IMG/VR virus record: IMGVR_UViG_3300032327_000860
Location: 1 to 46,198 of that record
Length of the DNA: 46,198 nt
From: a virus
Lineage: Duplodnaviria > Caudoviricetes
Reading direction: 5' to 3' (one strand)
In this document: positions 17,014 through 25,602 of the stretch, one piece after another
Layout: each line of letters starts with the position of its first letter
Position numbering within the stretch: the first letter of the stretch is position 1
Notes under the pieces: model-generated
Databases searched by the model: none
What the model was told of the DNA's origin: nothing
The model's input: the letters and a program-made list of their open reading frames with translations, nothing else
Program-made: the position numbers and the translations under genes

Positions 17014-17208
17014 TCAGCGCTTGTCCCAACACACGGAGCATTTGCCCTTGTCACGAGCGCAGTGGCCGCACTGCGAGCAGTCGCTGCAGTGGCGGCAGGT
17101 CTCGGCATACGGCTCGCACGGGCCGACGGGCTTGGCGGCGATGATGGCCAGGCCGGTGAGACTGGTGGCCAGGGCAATGATGGAGCAGATGAGAGCAGGC
17201 GACTTCAT
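17014..17208 (-). CDS. Small exported Cys-rich protein
   Basis: Signal/TM helix then C-x6-CxxCxxCxxCxxC-x6-CxxC. Confidence 0.6.
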   Translation of the reverse strand: MKSPALICSIIALATSLTGLAIIAAKPVGPCEPYAETCRHCSDCSQCGHCARDKGKCSVCWDKR

Positions 17209-17222
17209 CCGATCAGGCTAGC

Positions 17223-18035
17223 TCACGAGCGGCCCGCCGCAAACGCTTCGCTGCGATCAATGACCGCCTTGTCAGCGTGGCTGTGCACAAAGGCACTGCG
17301 GGTGCCTTTGCTGCGAAACATGAGCGTGGCGGCATCGTCGCCACACATGGCGATTAGGTCGAGCCAGGTCTTCGCCGCGAGGCAGGCAATGCGGAAGGGA
17401 TGCGTGAGGGGCAGGGACTCGTCAGCCTCGCCACCGAGGAGCTGCGCGGCATCGTGTATGCAAGGATCGCTCTGGCGCATCATCGGCACGCTGAGCCGAG
17501 GCAGGACGTAGCGCGTGGTGCGATCATCGACCAGCTCCAAGGCAAGCACGGGGAAGCCGAGGGTGGCCAGTGCTGCCGCCTTGGCCAGGCTGGTCACCTT
17601 GGCATACGGGCCGGGATGCGTCGCAGGCTGGCCAGGAATCAAGCGCGTGCGCTGGCGCTCGGCCTCGTAGCCCAGTGCGCAGGAATTAACATGGCGTAAC
17701 CAGTCGCTTAGCATCTCGGCATTGCGGATCGCACGACGCACATCCACGAAGGCATGGCAGGCATCCAGCTTGCCCATCTCCCACTGGCTGAGCACTTGCT
17801 TGATCGGGCCTAGGCTCTGCCACTGAGGGAAGACGCTGGCAGGCTCGTGGAGGAAGTTGATCTGCTCATCGCCCTCGCGAACACGGAAGGTCTTCTGCGG
17901 CGCGATGGGCACGCCCAGGGCGGCGATGGCAGCGGCGTTGCGTGTGGCCTCACAGCGCCGCCAATCGCCGCGCGTGGTGAGCTGCATGGTGTAGCCCTCC
18001 CACGCTTGGCGCGGATCGGTGACGCTGCCTGTCAT
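17223..18035 (-). CDS. Hypothetical protein in the tail operon
   Basis: 270 aa with an internal repeat (AAAIAALGVP / AAALATLGFP; HAF / HPF). Confidence 0.65.
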   Translation of the reverse strand: MTGSVTDPRQAWEGYTMQLTTRGDWRRCEATRNAAAIAALGVPIAPQKTFRVREGDEQINFLHEPASVFPQWQSLGPIKQVLSQWEMGKLDACHAFVDVRRAIRNAEMLSDWLRHVNSCALGYEAERQRTRLIPGQPATHPGPYAKVTSLAKAAALATLGFPVLALELVDDRTTRYVLPRLSVPMMRQSDPCIHDAAQLLGGEADESLPLTHPFRIACLAAKTWLDLIAMCGDDAATLMFRSKGTRSAFVHSHADKAVIDRSEAFAAGRS

Positions 18036-18044
18036 GCTTGACGA

Positions 18045-18443
18045 TTAGGAAACGAACGGATAATGGGTGAAGGTCAGCGTGGTGGTGATAGGTACCTCGC
18101 CATTCACGTCCGTGCTGTCTTCGACATCCTCTAGCACCACGACGCCTTCGGCGACGTTATGCTCGCGCCAGACGACGTCGAAATTTGCCAGCGCTGTCGC
18201 AGGCGCGCGCCCGATGGCCAGACTGCCCAGCGTGGCCAAGGCTTTCACCTCGGCATCCATCGTGATGGTCATAGTCGGATTGCGATACGAGAGCTTGTTG
18301 ATTGCCTTGCTGGCGACAGCCTTGCGCGAGACTTTGTCCCGCGCGGGCTTGTACTTCACGGATTGCACTTCTAGGTTTGATTCGGCAACGGGATACGTGA
18401 GCGAGGCCCAGGTCCCTTGATTGATGATGGCAGTTTGTGGCAT
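18045..18443 (-). CDS. Putative tail tube (major tail) protein
   Basis: 132 aa, beta-rich, between neck genes and chaperones. Confidence 0.55.
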   Translation of the reverse strand: MPQTAIINQGTWASLTYPVAESNLEVQSVKYKPARDKVSRKAVASKAINKLSYRNPTMTITMDAEVKALATLGSLAIGRAPATALANFDVVWREHNVAEGVVVLEDVEDSTDVNGEVPITTTLTFTHYPFVS

Positions 18444-18470
18444 GGTCGGAGGAGGCTAGGAGCTTGGAGA

Positions 18471-18632
18471 TTACTTGGATTTAACAACGGGCTTCCAGTC
18501 GCCTTCGCGAGTGTCGCGAGTCCACTCGGCACCACAGCCAACGCAGCGACGATAGGTGTCATTGGTGTCGACGATGACAGTGTCAGCGCAGCAGGGCGCA
18601 GCCTCGACGGGCTTGTTGGATTTATCAGCCAT
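18471..18632 (-). CDS. 53-aa Zn-ribbon microprotein (not in the ORF track)
   Basis: MADKSNKPVEAAPCCADTVIVDTNDTYRRCVGCGAEWTRDTREGDWKPVVKSK; preceded by the TTGACA box. Confidence 0.6.
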   Translation of the reverse strand: MADKSNKPVEAAPCCADTVIVDTNDTYRRCVGCGAEWTRDTREGDWKPVVKSK

Positions 18633-18721
18633 GATGATGGTAGCCGGGTGTCAATCCGCCGAACTGCCGATGCACCGAACTTCGCCCAGTGGCTCAGTCG
18701 GTGATCTCTTTGTTAGCTGGC

Positions 18722-18904
18722 TCAGGTCGTCTCATGGCCTGCGGCGGTGTTGAGAGCAGCCCTTGCCCATTCGTTCCACTTTTGCCCGGCGGCGGCTTTA
18801 CGCCACGCCTTGCGCTCGTCTTTGGTTCCTCGGACATTGACCGGGAACGCGATGCGCTCCCGGTCGTCTTTGGCGGCGAAGTCGTTTCCTTTGGGGGCAG
18901 GCAT
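18722..18904 (-). CDS. Small RHH/Arc-like DNA-binding protein
   Basis: MPAPKGNDFAAK..PVNVRGTKDERKAWRKAA..WNEWARAALN. Confidence 0.65.
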   Translation of the reverse strand: MPAPKGNDFAAKDDRERIAFPVNVRGTKDERKAWRKAAAGQKWNEWARAALNTAAGHETT

Positions 18905-18905
18905 A

Positions 18906-19229
18906 TCAAGAAAATTGAAGGCCGGACATGCGATAGACGCGATGAGCAACGCGCTTCACGACGGCCTCGGTGGTTTTGTTTTTGTCGTAGTATTGGACTG
19001 ACTCTTTGCCGACCAGTCCTACATAATTGTCTTCGCCGTCTTTCCAGACGAGGACATGCGTTGCCTTGCTGGAGGGACCGCCAGCGTAGCGGTTGACCTC
19101 GAATGAGTAGCCGGGGCTGAGTCGCACGACAGCCTCAAGGGCTTCGTATTGTTTCTTGCTCAGAGTGCCGAGCACTTTGTCACGAGAATAACTGTCCGAA
19201 CTGTCAACGGTGGTAATGCGTGTTTCCAT
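18906..19229 (-). CDS. Hypothetical protein (moron cargo inside the tail operon)
   Basis: 107 aa, lower GC, own promoter. Confidence 0.65.
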   Translation of the reverse strand: METRITTVDSSDSYSRDKVLGTLSKKQYEALEAVVRLSPGYSFEVNRYAGGPSSKATHVLVWKDGEDNYVGLVGKESVQYYDKNKTTEAVVKRVAHRVYRMSGLQFS

Positions 19230-19285
19230 ATTTTGAGATCGAGGTTTGACCGCCTCGGCGGGTTTGTTGTTACTGACTACCCCTC

Positions 19286-19313
19286 ATTATCGGGGCGATT
19301 GAAGACATTGCAA
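19286..19313 (-). promoter_or_regulatory. Sigma70-like promoter TTGCAA-N16-GATAAT
   Basis: AT-rich intergenic island upstream of 19229. Confidence 0.55.
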
Positions 19314-19441
19314 CCAAATACTTTATATTTGTTTTCAGGCCCTCGCGCTGCCGCGTTTTCAAAGCTCCAGACCAGCCAGCTAACCAGCGGCTGGAAGATC
19401 AACTTCGCTAAGGCTCAGTGCCTCAGCCTTGGCGTTCGGCT

Positions 19442-19912
19442 TCACCCAATCCGAATCGTCAGACTCATCGGCAGGCTCAGGCTGTAGGTCTTGGTGTCGT
19501 CTTCGGTGGCGAAGTCTTCGTCACTGGCGAAGATGCGCAGCCTGGCGATCTGCCAGCCGGTGCGCTGGCCTTCGGTGCGGTTTGCTTGAATCCACGTTTG
19601 CAAGACTTGGAAGGGGTAGGTTTCCCCTTGGACAATGCGCTCGCGAATAGCCTTCATCCAGCCTTCGGTCGTGGCACGGGCGTTGATGCCAGACTCGACG
19701 GTGATGACGATGCTGGCATCAAAGACGATTTTCTTTGGATGTTTTTTTTCGGGATCGGGATCGAGATTGATGAGTAGGCGCGGTGGCTTGGCTAGTTGGG
19801 TGTCTGTTAAAGATTGCTTTTTGAGCACGTTATTGGCAGGCACTCCCGCAGCGATGCTGTCAGCATGGGCTAGGTAGTCGCGAAAGAGATCCGAGAAAAA
19901 AGTCGAGGTCAT
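19442..19912 (-). CDS. Putative tail terminator/completion protein
   Basis: Size and position after the neck gene. Confidence 0.5.
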   Translation of the reverse strand: MTSTFFSDLFRDYLAHADSIAAGVPANNVLKKQSLTDTQLAKPPRLLINLDPDPEKKHPKKIVFDASIVITVESGINARATTEGWMKAIRERIVQGETYPFQVLQTWIQANRTEGQRTGWQIARLRIFASDEDFATEDDTKTYSLSLPMSLTIRIG

Positions 19913-20745
19913 ACAAGTGTGGCAGTGATGGCCGTGGTTCTAAAGCCTGCCCGTTTCGCCGCCTTCAGCGCGACGGCCTTGGCCTGTGCCCTCATCCCGC
20001 CAGCGGCAGCGTTGAGCGCGATGGGGATGATGCGGGCGAGCTGAGCTGCTTGTGAGTAGCTCACCTTGTTGCTCATGTGGCAGATGAACAGATCACCCTT
20101 TTCCTCGAAGCGGATGGCGCTTGGTGCCTTGCCACGGTGGCGCTTGATCCAGGCGGGCACGCCATTGACCTTCAGCTCGGTAGCGGCCTCTAGCCAGCCT
20201 GCAGCGAGGAAGCCGATGTTGCGCTGCTTGGCCTTGATGTGGCGATTGAGATCTGCCGTCTTGTAGATGATCTGCTGCACGGTCTGATTGCGAGGCACAC
20301 GGCCCCGCACACGCGCTTGATCGTGCAGCTTGGTGTCTGGACTCTCGACAATGGGTGCCATGCGCAGGCGCACGTTGTAGCTATGCTCTTGCAGGATCTT
20401 CTCGGCTGCCTCGCGACCAGCGGCGCGGCCTTGCTTGCCGCCCCGCTTGATCAAAAACCAGAAGGCCGAGGCAGCCGCAGGCGTCTTGATCGTGTCGTAG
20501 GCATAGTCCACGCTGGCGAAGACACGACGCGTGTCAGACGCCACCAGCTTCTCCGCGAATTTCTGCGTCTCCTTCGTCGGCCCACGCGAAGAAGACATCG
20601 GCGGCGTGAGCTCGATGGCTTTGCGCAGCGCCAGCCTCGAGCCTGCACGCACCAGCGTCTTCATGTCCTTTCGCATGATCGGCTGCACCTCGCGCAAAGT
20701 GCGAAGCAGCGTTTCATTGGCGACAGTGGCAGTCAGCTTCATCAA
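19909..20745 (-). CDS. Basic neck / tail-completion protein (HK97 gp10-like position)
   Basis: Very basic; ELTPP and GFLAAGW motifs; synteny. Confidence 0.55.
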   Translation of the reverse strand: MMKLTATVANETLLRTLREVQPIMRKDMKTLVRAGSRLALRKAIELTPPMSSSRGPTKETQKFAEKLVASDTRRVFASVDYAYDTIKTPAAASAFWFLIKRGGKQGRAAGREAAEKILQEHSYNVRLRMAPIVESPDTKLHDQARVRGRVPRNQTVQQIIYKTADLNRHIKAKQRNIGFLAAGWLEAATELKVNGVPAWIKRHRGKAPSAIRFEEKGDLFICHMSNKVSYSQAAQLARIIPIALNAAAGGMRAQAKAVALKAAKRAGFRTTAITATLV

Positions 20746-21119
20746 TCGTCGTCGTTCGGCCAGCGTAGGCAGACCAGGTGCAAGGTATCGCCTTCATCGG
20801 CCACGGTGCTGACCTTGTAGGTCTTGCTATTGGTCGTGATCTTAGCCTTGCCTGTCATTGCATCTTGCGTGGCCCAGTTGGGCAGCAGCGTCTTGCGCAC
20901 GTCGACAATGCACGGCTCGACACGCGACTCTTGTCCATGGCGATCAATGACTGTCGTCATCGTCTTGATATGCACGTGCACTGCCAAGGAAGACGAGGTG
21001 TTACTTCCCAGCTTGATTACGATGTTGCCAGGGCGCAGGCCTTCGCGGCTGGTCTGAGCTTGAGCGCGAAAGGTGGTGCGAGCGGCGGCGATCATGAAGG
21101 CTAAAAGGATAGGCGACAA
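20742..21119 (-). CDS. Putative head-tail adaptor/closure protein
   Basis: Beta-rich C-terminus (TYKVSTV..DTLHLVC); start uncertain. Confidence 0.5.
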   Translation of the reverse strand: MSPILLAFMIAAARTTFRAQAQTSREGLRPGNIVIKLGSNTSSSLAVHVHIKTMTTVIDRHGQESRVEPCIVDVRKTLLPNWATQDAMTGKAKITTNSKTYKVSTVADEGDTLHLVCLRWPNDDD

Positions 21120-21122
21120 CGA

Positions 21123-21359
21123 TCAGCGTAGCACGTTGTCGTGCGGCTTTTCGAGCAGATTGGCGGCAATGCCGACGAAGACGTGAGCGAGGTCCGTGTT
21201 GTTGATCGGCGGCAGCATGGCTTCCGTGGGCTCGATGTCTCCCGCTCTCCATTCACGGCCCGAAGCGCTCACACTGAGAATGATGGTGCGATCATGATAG
21301 CACGCGCTGAACTGGCGAGTCAGACTGTCCTCTTCTGTGATTTCATGCAGCGTGCCCAT
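21123..21359 (-). CDS. Hypothetical protein
   Basis: 78 aa; TTGACA-N13-ATG upstream. Confidence 0.6.
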   Translation of the reverse strand: MGTLHEITEEDSLTRQFSACYHDRTIILSVSASGREWRAGDIEPTEAMLPPINNTDLAHVFVGIAANLLEKPHDNVLR

Positions 21360-21425
21360 GCTACGCGACGGCTGTCAATGTTTCTCATGAACAAACCGCC
21401 AAGTCTGGGGAGCTTTGCTAAACGC

Positions 21426-21458
21426 AAAAAGCCCGTCGCAAGCGAACTTGCGACGGGC
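21426..21458 (-). terminator. Rho-independent terminator after the head operon
   Basis: GCCCGTCGCAAG-TTCG-CTTGCGACGGGC then T5 on the minus strand. Confidence 0.85.
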
Positions 21459-21506
21459 TCCCCTAACTAACACAACGGAGGGACGGACCGTGTGAAATGG
21501 TGTGTG

Positions 21507-21920
21507 CTACTTGGCTGCAGCGGCCTCGGCCTCAACAGCGTCAGTGGCTGCCGCGATGGAGGCATCCCACGCAGCCTTGGCGGCAGTCGCGAGGGCGTTG
21601 TCATCGGGGGCTTGCTCGGAGGCTTCTGTGGCTGCCATAGCGGCAGCAGTGGCGGCATCAGCAGCAGCGCGGGCTTCCACGGCAGCGGCTTGGAGCTGCT
21701 GCTTTTTGGTGGGCTTCTTTTCGGCTTTGGTTTCGGCTTTGGTTTCGGCCTTTGTTTCGATCAGTGTGGCGTAGCCGGGCTTTGCTTCCGTGAGCACTTC
21801 GCAGCTTGTGACAATCACGCTGCCACCCAGCCGGATGAGATCGACAGTGCCGTCGTCATGACGAGTGACGACTTCGCAAAGGATCGGCTGTTTACCTTGC
21901 TGATGATAGTAGGCGGTCAT
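21507..21920 (-). CDS. Hypothetical protein with ETKA repeats and an Ala-rich tail
   Basis: 137 aa in the head module. Confidence 0.65.
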   Translation of the reverse strand: MTAYYHQQGKQPILCEVVTRHDDGTVDLIRLGGSVIVTSCEVLTEAKPGYATLIETKAETKAETKAEKKPTKKQQLQAAAVEARAAADAATAAAMAATEASEQAPDDNALATAAKAAWDASIAAATDAVEAEAAAAK

Positions 21921-21950
21921 GGGCTTGATGATGGAGGCTTCCTCCTCAGG

Positions 21951-22691
21951 TCATGGTATGGTGTCAATAGCAGCGGCAGCCAGCGCCTCAAGGTCCTGCA
22001 CCGGGTAAATGAATTGGCCGACGTGCTTGAGCACCACGCTGGTGTCCATCATGATTTGGAAGCCTGCTTCTTGGGCACGCTGGCAGAACATCCAATCCTC
22101 TGAGAGGTAGCGACGGCGACCTTCAAAGGCGCGGACACCCGTGGCGAAGAAATCCCACTTCAGACCAGGGCTGTCGCCTTCGTCGGGATCGTATTCAATT
22201 TCGGGAAGGCGCTCGATCATCTTGGTGAGCACCTCCCGGCTAAACATGAGGCAGCCCGTGCCCGCATACTTCACCGGCACAAGGCCGTGCTCATTCGGCT
22301 CTTGGATCTCGTTCAACACATTGCACACCCAGCCAAGTTCCAATTGCTTCTTGGGATACAGCCCAGCGACTATGGGCTCGCCGCGCTCTGCGTGCTCGAT
22401 GAGCTTCATCACATGATCAGGGCTGAAGATCAGGTCGGTATCGAGGAAGAGCAGATGCGTGGCATCGCTACCGAGGAACTCTGCACACAGGCGATTGCGC
22501 GCACGAGCGACGAGGCTATCGCCAATGCAGGGCCTGATGATCATCTCAGCCACGCGCGGCTGATGCGTGACGAGCTGCAAGAGGGACGTGACAAAGTGCG
22601 GGTCGTAACCACCGTAGACGGGGAGAGCGAGAAAGAGTTTCAACTTGTTAAAAAAAGTTTGGCCCGTGATGAGCATGGAGCGCTCACACAC
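21951..22691 (-). CDS. GT-A fold (GT2-like) glycosyltransferase
   Basis: SLVARARN, LLFLDTD (DxD), GTGCLM and LSEDWMFC motifs; start may be ATG 22676. Confidence 0.85.
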   Translation of the reverse strand: MCERSMLITGQTFFNKLKLFLALPVYGGYDPHFVTSLLQLVTHQPRVAEMIIRPCIGDSLVARARNRLCAEFLGSDATHLLFLDTDLIFSPDHVMKLIEHAERGEPIVAGLYPKKQLELGWVCNVLNEIQEPNEHGLVPVKYAGTGCLMFSREVLTKMIERLPEIEYDPDEGDSPGLKWDFFATGVRAFEGRRRYLSEDWMFCQRAQEAGFQIMMDTSVVLKHVGQFIYPVQDLEALAAAAIDTIP

Positions 22692-22721
22692 GGACCGAAG
22701 TTGCCGAGTTCGTTTCGACAG

Positions 22722-22760
22722 ATAAAGAAGAACTCAGCGCGGCTCCATCGCGCTAAGCTC
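22722..22760 (-). terminator. Possible terminator/attenuator after the capsid-decoration gene
   Basis: GAGCTTAGCGCG/CGCGCTGAGTTC stem followed by TTCTTTAT. Confidence 0.5.
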
Positions 22761-22773
22761 AGGGCGAAGAAGA

Positions 22774-23160
22774 TCACATGATGATCTCGATGCCGAAGGT
22801 GCCATCAGCAGCATTGCCGCCATTGGCCTCGCCCACAGCGGAGAGGAAGATGTAGCTCCTATCCAGGTTCGGCGGCAGATACACCTCGCGATTGCTCGCG
22901 GGATGATTGGCCGCATTGCCAGCGACCACGAACGCACCTTGCACAGCGGTGGCGCTGGCACCGTTGGCCTCGTTTGAGGCATACAACGTGTAGTTGATGT
23001 TCTTGGTGTTGGCTCCGGTGGCCTGGGTGTTATACAAGCGCACGCGGAAGCTTGAAGTGAACGGGCGCTTCGCCGACTGAGGCAGAGCGATGGTGTTTGT
23101 ATTGACGGTGTTAGCCGCGTTCGGCATCAGCGCCGTTTGAATCAATGTAGAATCTTTCAT
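22774..23160 (-). CDS. Capsid decoration / minor head protein candidate
   Basis: 128 aa, beta-rich, right after the MCP; start MKDSTLIQ at 23160. Confidence 0.6.
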   Translation of the reverse strand: MKDSTLIQTALMPNAANTVNTNTIALPQSAKRPFTSSFRVRLYNTQATGANTKNINYTLYASNEANGASATAVQGAFVVAGNAANHPASNREVYLPPNLDRSYIFLSAVGEANGGNAADGTFGIEIIM

Positions 23161-23197
23161 AATCGTGAATGATAATGAGGGTGATTGATGCCAAGGC

Positions 23198-24274
23198 TTA
23201 TGCCTCGATGGCTTCTGCTTCGCCAATGGCGTTGTCAGCGTAGATGATTGGGCGGCTCTTGAAGTTGTCAGGCGGCGGCGGGTAGGTGTTGAAGGTGGCG
23301 CTGCTGGCGTCGCCGCTTTGGCCCATGATGAAGTTGATCGCGGTGGCTTGGCGGCTGGCAGCGAGCTGCTCACCGGAACGAGTGGCCATGATGTATTTCG
23401 TCGGCCGGCGACTGTTGCCGAAGGCGCGCTCCAGCTTGCTCATCAGCGCGTCAGTGAGCGTGTAGCCCACCTGCGCGGTGAGGTTGGCAATGCGGCGCAC
23501 GGCGAACTGCGTGGGGACCACACTGTTCGGCGTCTGATTGAAGCCGCAGAGCGAGAGCCCAATGTGGCCATGGAACTGCTGGAGGTCGTGAATGGCACGC
23601 TTGCTGGCCTCAGCCGAGTTCGGCGCTTCGTTGGAAGCGATCATCTCGGAGAGAGTGAAGAGTTCGTTGCCGCTCTGGCCATCGTTGCCGATGATCATCT
23701 GCACATCCAGCGGGCCTTCAATGATGGCATACACGCTGGAGGCGGTGCTGCTGGTGCTGCCACCGGCATTGATCACCGAGCGGGCGAAGTTATACTTCGC
23801 GGCGGTTTCGGTGACGGTCATCAGGTTCGCCGCCACATAGGGCGTCAGCTCCTTCAATCCAGGGAAGCCCTTGGCATCATAGGCAGTGCCACGGATGATT
23901 TGCTTCTCCAGCTCGATGCCTTGCGCCTTCATCTTGGCTTCCATCTGGAGGTCAAACCAGGTGTAGCCAGTGCTGCGGTGAGTAGCATTCCACTTGTTAG
24001 CCGAGATGCGCTCGGCCTTCACTTGACCGCCCACAAGCGAGCAATCAAACTCACGCACCTCAAGCGAGGCGTCAGAGCTGGCGAAGCCCTCATTGTAATT
24101 GACGAACGGGCCAGCCGTAGGCAGGGCCGTCAGTGCGAGGGACGTGAACTTGGTATCGTCGACCGCTGCAGCATCAAGGCTGGCAAGCAGGGGAGATTCA
24201 GCAACGAGGGCCATGAGCAAGCCCGTGCTGAGCGGGATGTTGCGACCTTGGGCGATTTGGGCGGCGTTGGGCAT
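23198..24274 (-). CDS. Major capsid protein
   Basis: Follows the protease/scaffold gene; VNYNEGF, IIRG...KGFPGL and AVRRIANL motifs; start MPNAAQ at 24274. Confidence 0.8.
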   Translation of the reverse strand: MPNAAQIAQGRNIPLSTGLLMALVAESPLLASLDAAAVDDTKFTSLALTALPTAGPFVNYNEGFASSDASLEVREFDCSLVGGQVKAERISANKWNATHRSTGYTWFDLQMEAKMKAQGIELEKQIIRGTAYDAKGFPGLKELTPYVAANLMTVTETAAKYNFARSVINAGGSTSSTASSVYAIIEGPLDVQMIIGNDGQSGNELFTLSEMIASNEAPNSAEASKRAIHDLQQFHGHIGLSLCGFNQTPNSVVPTQFAVRRIANLTAQVGYTLTDALMSKLERAFGNSRRPTKYIMATRSGEQLAASRQATAINFIMGQSGDASSATFNTYPPPPDNFKSRPIIYADNAIGEAEAIEA

Positions 24275-24308
24275 AAGAGTGGGGTGGCGAAGAATGGAGA
24301 AGGGCGGA

Positions 24309-25472
24309 TTACTCAGCGGCGACTCGCACAAGCTGGCCTGCGGCAGCGACTTGCTTGCGGCCCAGGTTGATCAGCTGAGCAGGGCTCATGTTGGTCATGT
24401 CGACTGGTGTAGGAGCGTCAGGCTGCACGACATTGGCAGCAGGCGCAGCACCAGCGAGATTGGTTGCTGTGATGCCTGCGCGTTGCTGGCCTTCCAGCGT
24501 GGCGAGGCGGTCGTTCAGCGGCGCGACAGCGTTGGTGATCGCGGCAGTGATGTCAGCCAGGCTGAAGCTGGGGGCGCTGTTCTGCGGAGCAGGGGCAGGG
24601 ACAACGGGTGTCGGCTCAACGGTGTTAACCATCACAGGCGCGGAGGCCGTGGCAGCAGGGGCGGGAGCCGCTGGCGCGGCAGGCGGTGGTGTGGCAGGTG
24701 TGGACATGTCGGGTAGTGCGGGCGTATGGTTCGCGGGCGATGGCAGGGCGCGGTTGTCAAACCATAGGCGCGCGGCGGTGGGCATGTGATTGAGCGCCTC
24801 GCGTCGAAAATTGTCAGGCTGCGCTCGTGTGGCAGGGTCGATGGTGATCGGCTCGATCACTTCATCGGCGAGGCCCATAGCGACGGCATCCGTGCCCGTC
24901 ATCCAGGTGTCTTGATCCATGATGCCGCGCATTTCTTCGGCGGTCTTGCCAGTGCGAGCGGCGTAGAGCTCGGCTATGCTCTGGTCGATTACTTCCAGGT
25001 TGTTCGCCATGGCGATCATGTCGTCGCCATTGCCCCAGCACATGCCGGTCGAGTTGTGAATGAGGAAAAAGGAGTTGGCCGGGATCTGCACCTTGTCACA
25101 GGCGAGCGCGGCATACGTGGCCGCAGAGGCGCAGACGCCATAGATGATCGCCGTCTTATTCGCAGGGTGCTCGCGAAGCTTATCATGGATACCTTTACCA
25201 ACCATGACGCTGCCACCGTAGCTGTGGATCTCGACCTGTAGCTCTGGCACGCTGCCAAGCTTCTTCAGCTCGGCGGCAAATTCTTGGAAGGTGCCAGCCC
25301 CGCCCTCAGTGCCAAAATACGGATCGCCCTCGCGAGATTGGCCAATGTCGCCGAAGAGCTCAATGGTGGGGATGCTATTGGCAGCGTTGCGAATGTTCCA
25401 AAGGCGATACACTGACGGTGCGGCAGGCACGGGAGCGGGTTGACGGCGGTTAGACTTGCGGAGCGCGGGCAT
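24309..25472 (-). CDS. ClpP-type head maturation protease with C-terminal scaffold region
   Basis: IHSYGGSV, CASAA, FLIHN and DTWMT..AVAMGLADEV motifs; Pro/Ala linker. Confidence 0.92.
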   Translation of the reverse strand: MPALRKSNRRQPAPVPAAPSVYRLWNIRNAANSIPTIELFGDIGQSREGDPYFGTEGGAGTFQEFAAELKKLGSVPELQVEIHSYGGSVMVGKGIHDKLREHPANKTAIIYGVCASAATYAALACDKVQIPANSFFLIHNSTGMCWGNGDDMIAMANNLEVIDQSIAELYAARTGKTAEEMRGIMDQDTWMTGTDAVAMGLADEVIEPITIDPATRAQPDNFRREALNHMPTAARLWFDNRALPSPANHTPALPDMSTPATPPPAAPAAPAPAATASAPVMVNTVEPTPVVPAPAPQNSAPSFSLADITAAITNAVAPLNDRLATLEGQQRAGITATNLAGAAPAANVVQPDAPTPVDMTNMSPAQLINLGRKQVAAAGQLVRVAAE

Positions 25473-25522
25473 GATGGCCGCGCCCTGTCAAAGCTTCCGC
25501 GCTTCCCCCCTTTGAATGGCAG

Positions 25523-25558
25523 GAGTCGCTTTCTTGCGTTGACGCAAGAAAGCGACTC
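25523..25558. repeat. Perfect 17-bp inverted repeat with a 2-nt spacer between portal and protease
   Basis: GAGTCGCTTTCTTGCGT-TG-ACGCAAGAAAGCGACTC. Confidence 0.9.
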
Positions 25559-25602
25559 TTAAGAGTGGTCAGTTTCTCACGATGTCGTGAGAAAACGACC
25601 CC

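Noticed and set aside
22774-23373. Extended starts in the ORF track (23373, 24331, 40258, 43084, 43554, 44050, 45289, 7017)
   Set aside because: The extensions overlap upstream genes or promoters; downstream starts with ATGA coupling or clean leaders fit better
23318-24370. Long plus-strand ORFs opposite structural and early genes (also 15467-16318, 26542-27333, 42401-43282 and others)
   Set aside because: Antisense shadows of high-GC coding genes; no motifs, while the minus-strand ORFs carry clear family signatures
25473-25491. Reading the TTGACA boxes as ordinary sigma70 -35 elements
   Set aside because: No -10 hexamer at 16-18 nt; that position falls on or inside the start of the coding sequence
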